A stretch of 62,911 nt of DNA, filler included, from Halocafeteria seosinensis (lineage: Eukaryota): the NCBI GenBank assembly GCA_001687465.1. It is 5 parts of 5 records of this genome, joined end to end, with 100 filler letters (N's around TTAATTAATTAA, not from the genome) between each part and the next. Parts side by side here need not be neighbours in the genome. Positions count along the whole stretch, not along the records: positions 1 to 3,555 come from LVLI01000091.1; positions 3,656 to 30,046 come from LVLI01000092.1; 3 more parts are not named here. The stretch is one strand, 5' to 3'. Both the position numbers and the translations under genes were made by a program. The notes beneath the pieces were generated by a model. It was given only the letters and a program-made list of their open reading frames with translations, was not told the DNA's origin and searched no databases. Of this stretch, positions 1 to 11,024 are shown in pieces; position 1 is the stretch's first letter; each line of letters opens with the position of its first letter.

Positions 1-1045
1 TGGCTCCGCTCCTTCCGGCGGAGGCAAATCGGCGGCTTCATCTACTACCATCAGCAAATGTTGAAGTCGACGTTCACTCCCGCTACCGCTTTCGCTTTCT
101 GTAGTCGTCCCGATGGTCAATTCACAAAATAGCCTAAACAGGGATTCAAGCTCAAACCTCTCCGCATAAAGCTTCGCTCCTTGTTCTATGAAGGTCTCTT
201 TTTGTTGCTCCGAAAGGACTGGCTCATAAGCATAAGTAGTGCTCGAAGCACGGTCTTCTTCAGCGTTCGTCACGCGAACAGCCCTTGCTAGTGCGGACAT
301 CACAGCACAATATCTAACTAACTCTGTGTCACAGAAAAAGGCACAATACGCACACATTTTGTTTATACGGACTCGAACCACCTGAAGGGACGTACTAATT
401 GTCGCAGGCAGATGGACGCTCAGCATGTTGCCAGTGACTACCCTAACGTCAACGTAGCATAGCCATGCACCCACAGCATAGGGTTTGTTCTTCAGGTCTG
501 CCCATTCTATGGAGTCTCGTCGGTTCAACTGCAAAATTACCTGCTTCAATAGTTCGGTTTTCCCACTTCCGAACATGTTAACCACTGAAAAGCTCGGAAG
601 GTATAGATCATTCAGATGCGCCTTTCCGTGCTCTAAAGCAACACCTCGCCGCACCCCCTTAGCAAAGGAAGTCATACCGTTCGCAATTATTTCAATCGCC
701 CATTCTTGGTTTAAAAACGTCGCCGTCAGGCCTAACTCGACGGAACTAGAATATAATACCACTTCGGGGATGTTCTCTGCGTGAAAACGTGCTTTTGCTC
801 CTGCTGTTCAAGACAACAGTATGAACCAGCAATCAAATCACAACAGACGCCACATTTCCACCTTCAGCATTTACTTACCTGCTCCACTTGGACCTGTAAC
901 AAAATGATAAATGAAAGATCGCAACAACATAACACATAATGTAACAGTCAATGAATCTTCCTCTTGTAGAGGCTTCGGCATTTGGTTCTCAGTCTTTACT
1001 TACCAGCTGCACCTCCACTATTCGGACCTGCGCCGCCTCCGCCTC
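1..1045 (-). CDS. Partial spliced P-loop NTPase (Crinkler-type NTPase-like); runs off the left end of the window
   Basis: Manual translation of the minus strand from 800 to 1 is open. It contains Walker A VNMFGSGKT and Walker B LLMVVDE. Upstream Gly-rich micro-exons at 879-893 and 1004-1045 have AG/GTAAGT boundaries in the same phase. Absent from the ORF track because there is no stop inside the window. Confidence 0.7.
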
Positions 1046-1263
1046 CTGTAAGCAGCAATGCAAAGTCATACAGGCGAAAGGGTATTTTCACCCAAAACCA
1101 TCTAAGTAGCAGCTCATTCTCCTGATTCTGAGTGTACTTACCTGCAGGGAAATGGGAAGTGGAAACATGATTTAAGTTTAAATTAGTAGGAGAATTGAGA
1201 GCAATTGAGTACAAATTAGTAACAAAAGCAGCTCTCCCTATTTTCCGTGCTTCGTATTTACGT

Positions 1264-1840
1264 GTAGCACAGCCCCAATTACCCGTTCCTCAACTTTCAA
1301 GCATTACGAAGGAAGGAACAACATAGCAGCAAGGGTTCACCGCCAAGTCGACGGAAGACTTCTCATGGTACACCTTGCCAAAGCATACCATTATCGTCGT
1401 TGGCTACGTTAAAAGAAGACCCAGAAAAAAGCCACAACTCATTGCTGGATCACTCTCCCCATGCCCACCCCTCCTCGTTTCGGTAAAACAACGACCGTGA
1501 TCAAAGTTAAGGACGTCATACCATCCTGCCCCTCAACCTTCTGCCATCCATTAGTAACAAAAACACTTCCTCCGCACCTATTCCCCTCACTCTCACACCC
1601 CTTAATGTTTCAATAGTTCCATTTTTCGGCTCTATCAAGACTACCACGGTCTCTATTTTCCCTAGTTTCCCTCCCCCGTGTTTACTTGTAGCACAGCTTC
1701 TTTAACCCTTCCTCAAATTCGAGCAATACGAACGAAGAAACAACATAGCAACAAAGGTTCACTGTAAAGCCGACGGAAAGACTTCTCATGGTACACTTTG
1801 CCCTTCGTGCATCGTCGTACCATCTTGCCACAGCATATCA
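1264..1840. repeat. Degenerate direct duplication (about 1264-1391 and about 1688-1840)
   Basis: Both copies share GTAGCACAGC...AACAACATAGCA...GGTTCAC...CGACGGAA(A)GACTTCTCATGGTACAC in the same order. Confidence 0.75.
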
Positions 1841-2656
1841 GTATTGCCGCGTAATTTGGAACACCCTGTTCGCTCCCTTCTCATGCTTATTATTGTTTTC
1901 TCTTCCTGGTTGCGGTTCTTGTTTTTTGGTCACATGATAGTGAACGCACGACGATGTCCGACGATACACCGATATAATAGAAACAAAAGAAGAGGCTCTT
2001 GTGTCTGCACCACTATGGTACTTACCATCTGAAGTGTCCTCGCTTACGTTCACTATCAATGTTGATATATCGTCAACTATGGCTGTTCGCACCCAAGTCT
2101 GACACGACCCGGGAATTCTATTCAGAAACCTGTCCACACACAGCTCAGCGTACTTCTTGTACTCTTGAGAAGAAACATTGTTCCCCCGTTCGGGAAGAAT
2201 AAAGTGATCGAACTCCCCTTCTGCATCTTTGCAGAACTTAGCACTGTTTTCGAGTTCGCTTTTCTCGTCTTGATTCTGGGCAGCTCTCTGCGTGCAAGAA
2301 TTTGCGCGCTGAGACAGTATACCTTTTACTTGAGTTAGCAGAGAAGGGTACGATGACAGGTCCCATTTCGTCACTGGGGCAGTAGATGCAGATGACTGAA
2401 CTTCAGTTTTTGACGTTTGACCCGGAGGCTCAGCTTCCGCTGCATCCGCTTTCCTTTTTACGGCTGCCGTCCTAGTCGTCGACGATACTGCCGACGAAAG
2501 CGAAGGTGTAGTAGCAGTAGCAGGGGAAGTGGGTGTGGTAGTAGACGATGACGATGCTGTCGACGAAAGCGAAGATGTAGCAGCACTGGCAGTCACACTG
2601 ACAGTCACAGTAGCAAGAGAATCAGTAGTAGACGATGCGGACGATATCGACGCCAT
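1838..2656 (-). CDS. Hypothetical protein with Ser/Thr/Ala-rich N-terminus
   Basis: 272-aa ATG-initiated ORF. Low-complexity N-terminus followed by globular-looking sequence. No family recognised. Confidence 0.45.
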   Translation of the reverse strand: MASISSASSTTDSLATVTVSVTASAATSSLSSTASSSSTTTPTSPATATTPSLSSAVSSTTRTAAVKRKADAAEAEPPGQTSKTEVQSSASTAPVTKWDLSSYPSLLTQVKGILSQRANSCTQRAAQNQDEKSELENSAKFCKDAEGEFDHFILPERGNNVSSQEYKKYAELCVDRFLNRIPGSCQTWVRTAIVDDISTLIVNVSEDTSDGKYHSGADTRASSFVSIISVYRRTSSCVHYHVTKKQEPQPGRENNNKHEKGANRVFQITRQY

Positions 2657-2663
2657 TTCTTCC

Positions 2664-2670
<7 letters not shown>

Positions 2671-2744
<74 letters not shown>
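2671..2744. repeat. Compound microsatellite (CT)17(GT)20
   Basis: Directly visible. Confidence 0.97.
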
Positions 2745-2746
<2 letters not shown>

Positions 2747-3408
2747 ACAATGAAAACAACTAAGAAAAAAAAAGGCAAACCGTTTGAGATGAAATACAGC
2801 AGTAGTGTGTCTATCTTAGCTGTATTGCAGTGCAAACAAGGGAAATAAAAAAGCGCATTCCTTTGGTAACTTTTTGAGTCTGAGTTGAGTCCGGACACTT
2901 TGAAGCGGTAGACTATAGGGGGCAAAAAAGGTACAGGTTACCTGGTTGCCACTGGAAATCCTCCTGTGAAGTCGAGAGCCAAGAGAGTCTTGAAGAGACT
3001 CCGAAGAGAGAGACCCGGCATAGAAAGCAACATCGTCGGACTGAGAAGCCGAAGAAGCTGCCCTCTGGTGGATACGTTCAGAAACTTGGGGACGTACGAT
3101 CTGGGGCTTCTTCTGATTCCCTTTTCTTGATGTCTCTGCTCGGTTTCCTGTGGTGCTGGCGAAGTGGCGCCGTCTATCGCTGTTTCGGGGTCTCGCACTA
3201 CCACTTGCATCAGGTTCATCAGACGACTCAAATTCGTCACTGCTCTCCGAAGAGTTTGATGTTGTTACCTTCTTGTTGATAAGCCCGCTCTTTTGAATGC
3301 GCTTAGAGACTCTCGATTTTGGTGGGGCTCCCATGGAAGTCTTGGCGCTTGATGTCCGTCGTCCTTGCCGTACAGTAGGACCTTCTAGCTGCGCTGGCTG
3401 TATCGTAC

Positions 3409-3555
3409 CACACACACACAAATGTGACAGATAGCCCACCGGCCGGGAAGTTGACCACATCCTCTTAACGAGGAGCGGTAAGCGCCCGTGTTAAGCAGCG
3501 ACGGGCCCGCTGTTCCTGCAGCCTTGCTGACATGCGCCGTGGGGGAACACAGCAC
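3409..3555 (-). mobile_element. Probable end of an interspersed repeat with a (TG)n tail (retroposon 3' end-like)
   Basis: 3409-3437, (CA)6AATGTGACAGATAGCCC, is identical to 47405-47433. GC-rich hairpin-forming sequence continues to the contig end. Confidence 0.45.
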
Positions 3556-3655
3556 NNNNNNNNNNNNNNNNNNNNNNNNNNNNNNNNNNNNNNNNNNNNT
3601 TAATTAATTAANNNNNNNNNNNNNNNNNNNNNNNNNNNNNNNNNNNNNNNNNNNN
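3556..3655. other. Artificial contig spacer
   Basis: N44-TTAATTAATTAA-N44, giving stops in all six frames. Confidence 0.98.
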
Positions 3656-4000
3656 GTCTGGCAGGAGAAGACCCTGAGCCTGCCACAGCGGCGCCAACGC
3701 CAAGACCGGTTGCAGCAGCGCAGGCAGGATGAAGTGTTGTTCCCGACGCAACAGTTGTGACCAATGACAAGCCACCACCTGACGCGGGAGGGGGCTCCCC
3801 AGAAACTCCGTCCACCTCATTTTCGTCATCATAGCCCAGATTAAAGTACATCTCCTGCTCGAGATCGAAGAAGGTACAGCTACCCAGGTCTTTCTGAAGC
3901 CACGAAGCCGGTTCCCACGTCCGTGCTGCCTCTGGGTAGCCCTTCCAGTGGACGAGGATCCGCTTGTGACACTCTATTTCTTCGTCAAACGGCGACTGTT
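3656..4000 (-). pseudogene. Chromodomain fragment (probably transposon-associated)
   Basis: Minus strand reads KRILVHWKGYPEAARTWEPASWL, matching the chromodomain VKWKGY...WEP signature. In frame with ORF 3600-3851. Confidence 0.7.
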
Positions 4001-4596
4001 CTGTTTACCTCCTTCTCGTGATAATCGTGTAACTACAGTAAACCAAGAATTTCCTGTTGCATTGCCTTCATTCGTTGTGGTACATAATGCAATAATACCT
4101 ACCAGCTAATAGTCAGCGATATATTTCTCACTGCAGGTTCTTTTGACACAATTGGTGCAATGCTGTCCTTCTTCTCAGGCGATACAAAATTGATAAAACG
4201 TCAATCCAGAGCGTGTATAAGACCATGCACTGACGAAATCCTGGGAGTTGATATCACGCCCCAATTCCTCTCACAAATTTGATTAGTGCTTTCGCTACAC
4301 CACAATGGGCGGCTAACCTAGTTCACATACATGTAGTACCATGGGGTAGGGGTTACGCCAGGTCTACTGTAGAGCTGAGCAGCTCCAACAAAAGATTGAA
4401 TTTCAGGCGCCAAGATTGAATGGGATTTCGAGTCCGCCATCGTCTTCTATTGGCACTATTTGCAGCTCGTGATGAGGCAACATCGGTAAAGTTTGGTAAG
4501 ATCCTCTGATTCTGGCCCGGCGACGGGGTGCTTCTGCAATTTCATCCGCTCTTGCATTTGGTATGGACTCAGCCGAAGGGCACTGTTGATGACTCT

Positions 4597-4785
4597 TTAT
4601 CCAGGTGATTGTTCGGAGGGTACTTCGCGGTTGTTAAGTTCCTTGAGCAGGACATCGGCATGAGGGTCAAAGTGTACGAGTTTTTCGAAGTTTCTTGCGC
4701 GCAGAGTATTAGCGACCGTCAAGTTACCAATGAAGAGATGGCATGCCCGATTGTACTTGTTGTGGCATGCCACATTATGGCCCAC
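4597..4785 (-). repeat. Coding-derived repeat fragment, homologous to 29905-30046
   Basis: KYNRACHLFIGNLTVANTLRARNFEKLVHFDPHADVLLKELN aligns with KYYRACNLFIDNLAVVNAIRERNFERLVNFDPHAGALLNELN. Confidence 0.75.
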
Positions 4786-5272
4786 ATATCCAGGACCCAG
4801 CTGAAGTTGACAACACGTAGGCTCTCGTGGTTAAGCCGGCATAGCATAATATTAAAATAATCACCATTGCTTTATCTATACGAATAGATGTATTGGATTT
4901 CATAAAAGGGTATCATACGGTACATGTTGGTGGTTGTGTCAAAATGGCATGCGGGGCCCGTCCCGAACTTCCCCCGAAGCCCGGGTACCACGAAGTTAGT
5001 TCCATCCCACAGTTGGACAGTTTGGAATGGAAAAGGTTTTGTCTTTGTTGACTACCCACAGCATGTCATAGCATATCACCACCTCATACTCCTATCTATC
5101 ATCTGAGATAGAAGTAGAGGAAGAACTTCGTCTTTCATTTAATTTTGGGATGAATTGACTTCGCCCAGCGCAGCCAAAACCAAACCGTTTAGGTTACCAG
5201 TAACTTACCACTAGAGACGAAGTTTGTAGCGGCAGAGCCAACGGAAATAACAACACATAAAAAAAGACGAAA

Positions 5273-8200
5273 ATGGCTGCAGAACCAAAACCTGGATTAT
5301 TAGAAGCCATCAAAGAGAAGTGTATTCCGGGCTGGTTCATACCGGGAGGGTGCAAAGTCAAAGAGGAGGAAGGCAAAGAGGAATCCTTCGCAATTAGCAT
5401 TGGGAGATGTCTGGAGGACCCACTCGGCGTTGCAGAAGACACTGTTTTACACATTCAAGAATGCCTATGTCAAGACGTTGGTACAGAGGGCCTGAATGGA
5501 TCGCAAGTGGCGGTGCTGAGAGTCAGAGTTCTCGTGGCGTGTTTCCTTTTGTCAGACGCCGCGGCTAACACGGCCTACAAGCAGGGAAAACTTAAGGATT
5601 TTTACCCTGTACAGAATAAGTCCGAAATGTACACGAGGTTTGAAGAATGGTTTAAGATTGCAAACGACTGTAAAATGTATAACGATGGGAAGCCAGGAGA
5701 GAGAGCACGGTTTCTGTTGAGAGAGGCTCTGTCTTCTCTGGTGTCGGAACTCTGCTACGATGAAAAAGGTAAGCCATCGTAGTAGTGTGTATTGTTATGG
5801 TCTACCGGCTAGGTAGAGCTTTGAGGGCCTTGTTTCTTAAGTAGGTCACATGGTTTGTGTCCGAAGACGTTTGACCTGTATACGATGTGATACTAACATT
5901 ATGATTTCGCAGATCCCCTGCGAGCAAGCGAACATGCCACTCCTAGCTTGCCAGATTTATCGACACTAAGTATCAGTCGCATTGATCCATTGGTGCGCGC
6001 CGTATGCAAAAATGTTCGCAGGTACTTAGACCACTACGACTCTAAAGAGTCAAAGTTGCAGTGTATGCGGCAGCCGGTCTTCATATTCGGTCCAAATTGT
6101 GATGCGGTGTTTCCTCCTGCACTTCCTTCATTTGGTTCGTCCGTTAACGGCACACGGAAGGCTGACGAGCTGGTGAAAGCCATTGATGCTGCGATGTCCG
6201 CCGAAGTAAAGAAGAGTGTAGTGCTCTGTACTGCAAGTGACACCGGAAAGACCAAAAGCGCCCAAGCCGTTGGATTTGATGAAAAGTTCACAATCCTGAC
6301 GATCATGGCATCCGTTGTGCGTACCTCTGCGGATGGGCTATATTTTGGTCCGTTGGGGGTCGCGTGCGAACCTTGGAGGCGACTACATATGAAACTTGAG
6401 GATGCTAGGAATGACCGCATGGCCGTTGGATTGGTTAATTTGCTGTTTGCTGCGTATTTCGAGTATACTCGGCGTATCATAAAAGAGTATACCAAAGACA
6501 AACCTTGCGACGGTAACACAATTCGGAAAGTTATCTCCTACTCTCATCGCAACGGAGAAGCGGATAGCATTGTCACTGAGATACTTGATTCATTTGCTGA
6601 TGAGTACGACAGGACCCCTCAACGCCATGACTCCAAAGACTGGGCCTACAATCGTAAGAAACGAACGATTTTGGAACTCCAAGAATTGGTCAAGCCCCTG
6701 GGTATTTCGCGGATACTGCTATGCGTAGATCAGTTGCCTGTTCTAGAACATGCGTATCTCACTAAAGTCTGTCTGGATATAAGGGAGCACCGGCTGCTCT
6801 ATTTGACCAAAGTAGCCGTCTCGGAAATCCTTGATGCGGATGTAGCCGTAGTGTTCACTGGCACTAAGCTGTCTGTGGGATCAGTGATAGATACGCACAA
6901 CCACTCGCTGTTGAAAAACCGGAAGAACCGGGTGGAGGAGCAGTTTCAATCGGTTGATATCGTAGGAAGGCAAGATATAGAAAATGTATTTGTTTATTTC
7001 TTCGATTTCACAGTTTTGAGCGAAAACTGCACTAATTTTGTTGCGTTTTTGACGAAGTGTGGAAGAACTGATCTGTTTGATCGCCTGTTGCTGCTTACAG
7101 GACGTCCAGGTTTTTTTTTCTCATTTTTCCAAAAGTTCTTAAACGCTCTCTTGAAGTTGGACAGAATTACTGAGCAAGTATTTGTGACTGTCTTAGATAA
7201 AGTACTCTCGCACTCGACACGGACAAAGGAAGGAACACTTGTGCGTATTGTAAGCAAGTACTCGGAGGAACATAAGGACACTCCCACGGACGATGACGCT
7301 GGGCTCGTTCCAGTGTCCAAGCTGGTACTTACTTTACTCCGAGCTGTCTTATTGAATTACGAAGATCGCATCTCGTTGGATGCTTCCATTGAGGCTGCAG
7401 TTGAAAGTGGCATTATTGGTGTTGAGGTTCGGTGTAACCAAGGCAGAGCATTTCCGGCGAGTACTAGTGTGGGTGAGTGGCTGGGAGAGCCACTACTACG
7501 CAAGGCGCTCGTTCTGCACTTTACGGACCACTGCTTGAACACTGTTAGTACAAAGAATAAACTTCTCCTGGACCCCGCTGCTGCCGTAGAGAATCCGGGC
7601 ACTAGCCAGTCTACCAAAGGGGTATCATTGGAGGATCTGTTTGTCAGGCTTTGCTTTATAACCGCCTTTGGTGTGAATGGTACCGTCTTCTCAGATCCCA
7701 AGAGCGAAGATGTTGTTGGTGTGTGTCCATTGAAGGCTGTGATGGATAAGATGCTACCAGAGGCCGATTACACCTTGCCTGAAGCTGTGGATAGATGGTA
7801 TCTACGTGTCTCCAAAGCATTTACCACAAGTGTAGGTTCGGACGAATGGAGAAAGCGTTTCTTTGCTAAGGAGCTCAATCCTATAATCGGGATTCCGGTA
7901 CACTCAGGAATCGATTTCCATGTGACACTTTGGCAAGTATCCCCGGATTATATGCATCGCAGTATGGCTGCAATCTGTGAAGCAGTTTATAACAAAGAAC
8001 ATGGAACTCCCCGGCATTTGTGTGGGCAAATCAAATCCGGCGATATTGACGTCGTCGACGCCTTGCGTAGTACCGACCAGCTCTTCAATATACGGAGAAA
8101 ACAGAAAGAGAGGCTCTGTACGAGCATGGCGTACTCCCAGGTACTTTCCGGAGTAATCGGTCCATGTGGCTTACCGAACTACGTTCAGTTGGACCAGAGA

Positions 8201-8670
8201 TACGACATTCTATCCGCATGATCTTTAGCGTTCGTCCCTTTCATGAGGATGTCCTTGCTGCGGTAAGCGAACATAACGCTTCGTATCCCCGGAATCCTGT
8301 TTTACTTTTGCAGAACAATCGAGCATTCGGGAAACTCAGTGATACGTACACGGGGTTGCTAAGCGATGGAAAAGATCGCCCTGCGAAGCCACAAACACAC
8401 ACACTTGAAACTCTAAAAAAGTGGCTTCAAGCAGAATACCCGAGTGTCTATCAGACCCCCCTACTTTTCATTGACGATGCTGGAGTGAAAGCACGTACTG
8501 GTATAAGTGGCGAAGCATCAATGGCGGCTTTAAGAATGGAAGGAGATGAACTTGTCGTTGTGCTTGAGAAAACAAGACTGGTGTACCGTTGCGAAAATGT
8601 TGAAGTGTGTGATGATGGGGTGAAACTGTCGCAGGACGGGAAGCCTCTCGTGATGATATGTGTAAGTTGA
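5273..8670 (+). pseudogene. Crinkler-like NTPase plus PD-(D/E)xK nuclease protein, spliced and frameshifted
   Basis: Intron about 5769-5912 (GTAAGC...CGCAG). Degenerate Walker A CTASDTGKT and Walker B-like LLCVD. CRN-like motifs TGRPGFF, EPL and KGVSLE. Nuclease-like GID...GQIK. An apparent 1-nt deletion near 8077 moves the frame into ORF 8164-8670. Confidence 0.6.
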
Positions 8671-8968
8671 TACTGTCTCTCTGTAAACGCAAGATGCCAC
8701 GTTGTGACATCCGTGCAGAAGGAGGACAATTCTCGGCGGATAATGAAGTCTTTGCATGCTGCGGTACTCTGTGAAGAAGTGTCTAAACAGTGTAGCGACC
8801 TCCTTGACAGCCCTGAAATACGTACCGAATCCACTGCCGTTACTTCTTTTAATGTCAAGAAGCTTGGGGAACGTTGGATAGGAAACAAGTTTCCGCACAT
8901 AGTTCGCTGCTATTTCGATGTAGTAGTTTGGCTCAAGGCTGTGGTGGAAGTTAGATTCTCTCCTGAAG

Positions 8969-9256
8969 GTGAGCAGTGTCTTCCAACAGAATAGTCGTCT
9001 TGTGCATACGCAGTTGGTTTCTGCAGGCGAAGAAATAGCTGTTGACGCTAACTTGGCCGATGTCTCCAAGGCATACGACTGGACCAACCGCCATGCCCTA
9101 CTGAGAAAGCGGAGAGAGGAGAATATAGGCGTTCCCGAATTTATTCGGAGACTTAAAGGTGATGATAACTACGAACCAGTCATCAGTTGTTGCGATGGAG
9201 CGAATGCTATTTACACGGAGTGCCCTTACTGTTGTGGCAGTAATAGATTACGATAG
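8969..9256 (+). mobile_element. Non-LTR reverse transcriptase fragment
   Basis: ADVSKAYDWTNRHALL resembles the RT motif D-x-x-KAF/YD. The rest of the domain is missing. Confidence 0.45.
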
Positions 9257-11024
9257 GAATAATGGTGAATTTTCAAGGTCTTCACTTTTCGCTTCGCTCA
9301 AAGCCAAACATCAAAAACGCTGTCGCTATTGACCATTTTTGCTTTTTCCATATAAATATAAATTTTGTTTTCTAAAGTCTATTCCCCGAGTGTCCTTGTG
9401 AGACTATGCTTTTCGCTGGGAGTTGCTTTTAGTGAGCAATTTTATTATTTTATTAAGATCGCTATAAGTAGAAATTTTTAATGATTTTGTCAATGGTCCA
9501 TATATTATACTTTCCGTTTCTTTTAAAAAGAGTTCTCAGAAAAACCGTTTTGTTAAGTATACTTTTTCTTTTAACTTAGAGAAAATTTAATGAAACTGGA
9601 AAAAATAGTTTAAGGACTTGAAGAGGTACCAGCCTTATCGATGGATAAGTTTGTAAATGCTTGTAAGGAAGGGAATATAACTACACTCGGAATTACTTTA
9701 TACCATTTTTTTAACGCTATAATGAAATAGTAAATAAATAATAAAAAAAAATAAAAAATAATAAAAACAGTTTGTCATATCATCTGCTCTTATAAACAAA
9801 TAGAGCCGTATCGAGGTTTAGCTCATAGATTACCGACTATGTGGAAATCTAGATGTTTTGAATTATATAGTGGTAACTTGGGATATGTAGAAACGAGACC
9901 AGGTAAACTGTTAAGAAATTATGTTCAAAAGAAACTTTTCTTTTATAAGATTATAAGGCAAATGTTAGTCATAGCTTATATAGTCATAAACCGTGATGGT
10001 TGTGAAATCGGAACAAAAGCTCGTGGTAACAAAGCGACTATTGAAAGAAAAATAGTTGACCTCCCTAAAACTTCGTCAAGCTGAATGTGGTTTGCAACAT
10101 GCCTCTAGATTCGTATGGTGAAAAGTATTTGACTGGAATGGGAATACGCCTGAAATCACACATGGGAACAGTATCGATGCAAACTCGGGTGACACGGTGG
10201 GATATCTTTGGTAAAGACCTCAACTGTCTGGTGTGCACGTACGTGTATAAGGTGGAGCAGCAATTTACATACCGGTAAAAGCGGGTGCATGTAGGTTAAA
10301 GCTCCGCGTAGGTCCTTGTCCAACCCATATATTTTCAGATGGAACAGACCTCCGCTGCAAACTGAATGGTACACTGTACAGTACCACTTTTCCAAATGCG
10401 CCACGAAATGAGTGTGTTTCCTGTCAACCGTATCAAGTGGCTAAAGAGACAGACGCAATGTGTAGAGCCTGTTTCAAGGGAAAATCCCAAACGAGGCACG
10501 GAACGTTTGCACGCCGTGTCCGCCCTACAGGGTATACAGGGTATAAAGTGGCCGATGAGACGGACACCTCGTGTGTACGGAAAGGTACCGGCAGACACGC
10601 GAGACTATTGCGTCTCGTGCTCTATGGCTCCCGTAGCTAACCGCACAGACACAATTTGTCGTATGCGTACCGCCGGTATAGTGCCCCATTCTTTCCAAAC
10701 GTTTGAAAGATTTTTTGAAATTGGATTTCTACTGTACTTCAAGCCGCGCCGCGCGCCGAGTTCAAACTTCCCATTCCGGCGGACATGCCCGTGGGCGGCC
10801 ATGATGGGCCATCTGGAGCTGATCAATGACCACTTATATCTCATTGATTAGTTTTCCTCCTGATGGATTTTGTCTGTGATCAGTGTAGCACGTATGGTTG
10901 CCAACCATTGATTGGTAAGCATCGATCCTCTGTGAACTTGGGAGGCACGTTAACGGGCTCTTGAGACATAGAGGGTATTCATTTCACGTTTCTGTGGAGT
11001 TTATATCGGTAGTAGGACCCCAAA

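Noticed and set aside
2529..2925. ORFs with LSLS/CVCV or HTHT/ERER runs
   Set aside because: These are translations of the microsatellite.
2816..3460. 214-aa Ser/Arg-rich ORF
   Set aside because: It starts inside the repeat end and crosses a (TG)n tract, with no recognisable domain. Could be an exon but cannot be supported.
3556..3655. TTAATTAATTAA flanked by N runs (four occurrences) as a biological repeat
   Set aside because: Identical 100-nt six-frame-stop linker used to concatenate contigs. Adjacency across these spacers has no biological meaning.
6034..7701. Antisense ORFs overlapping long genes (here and within INO1, LRR, CCX and others)
   Set aside because: Shadow ORFs of real coding regions with no independent motifs.
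10740..10800. GAGTTCAAAC B-box-like motif suggesting a tRNA or SINE
   Set aside because: No cloverleaf or properly spaced A-box could be built.
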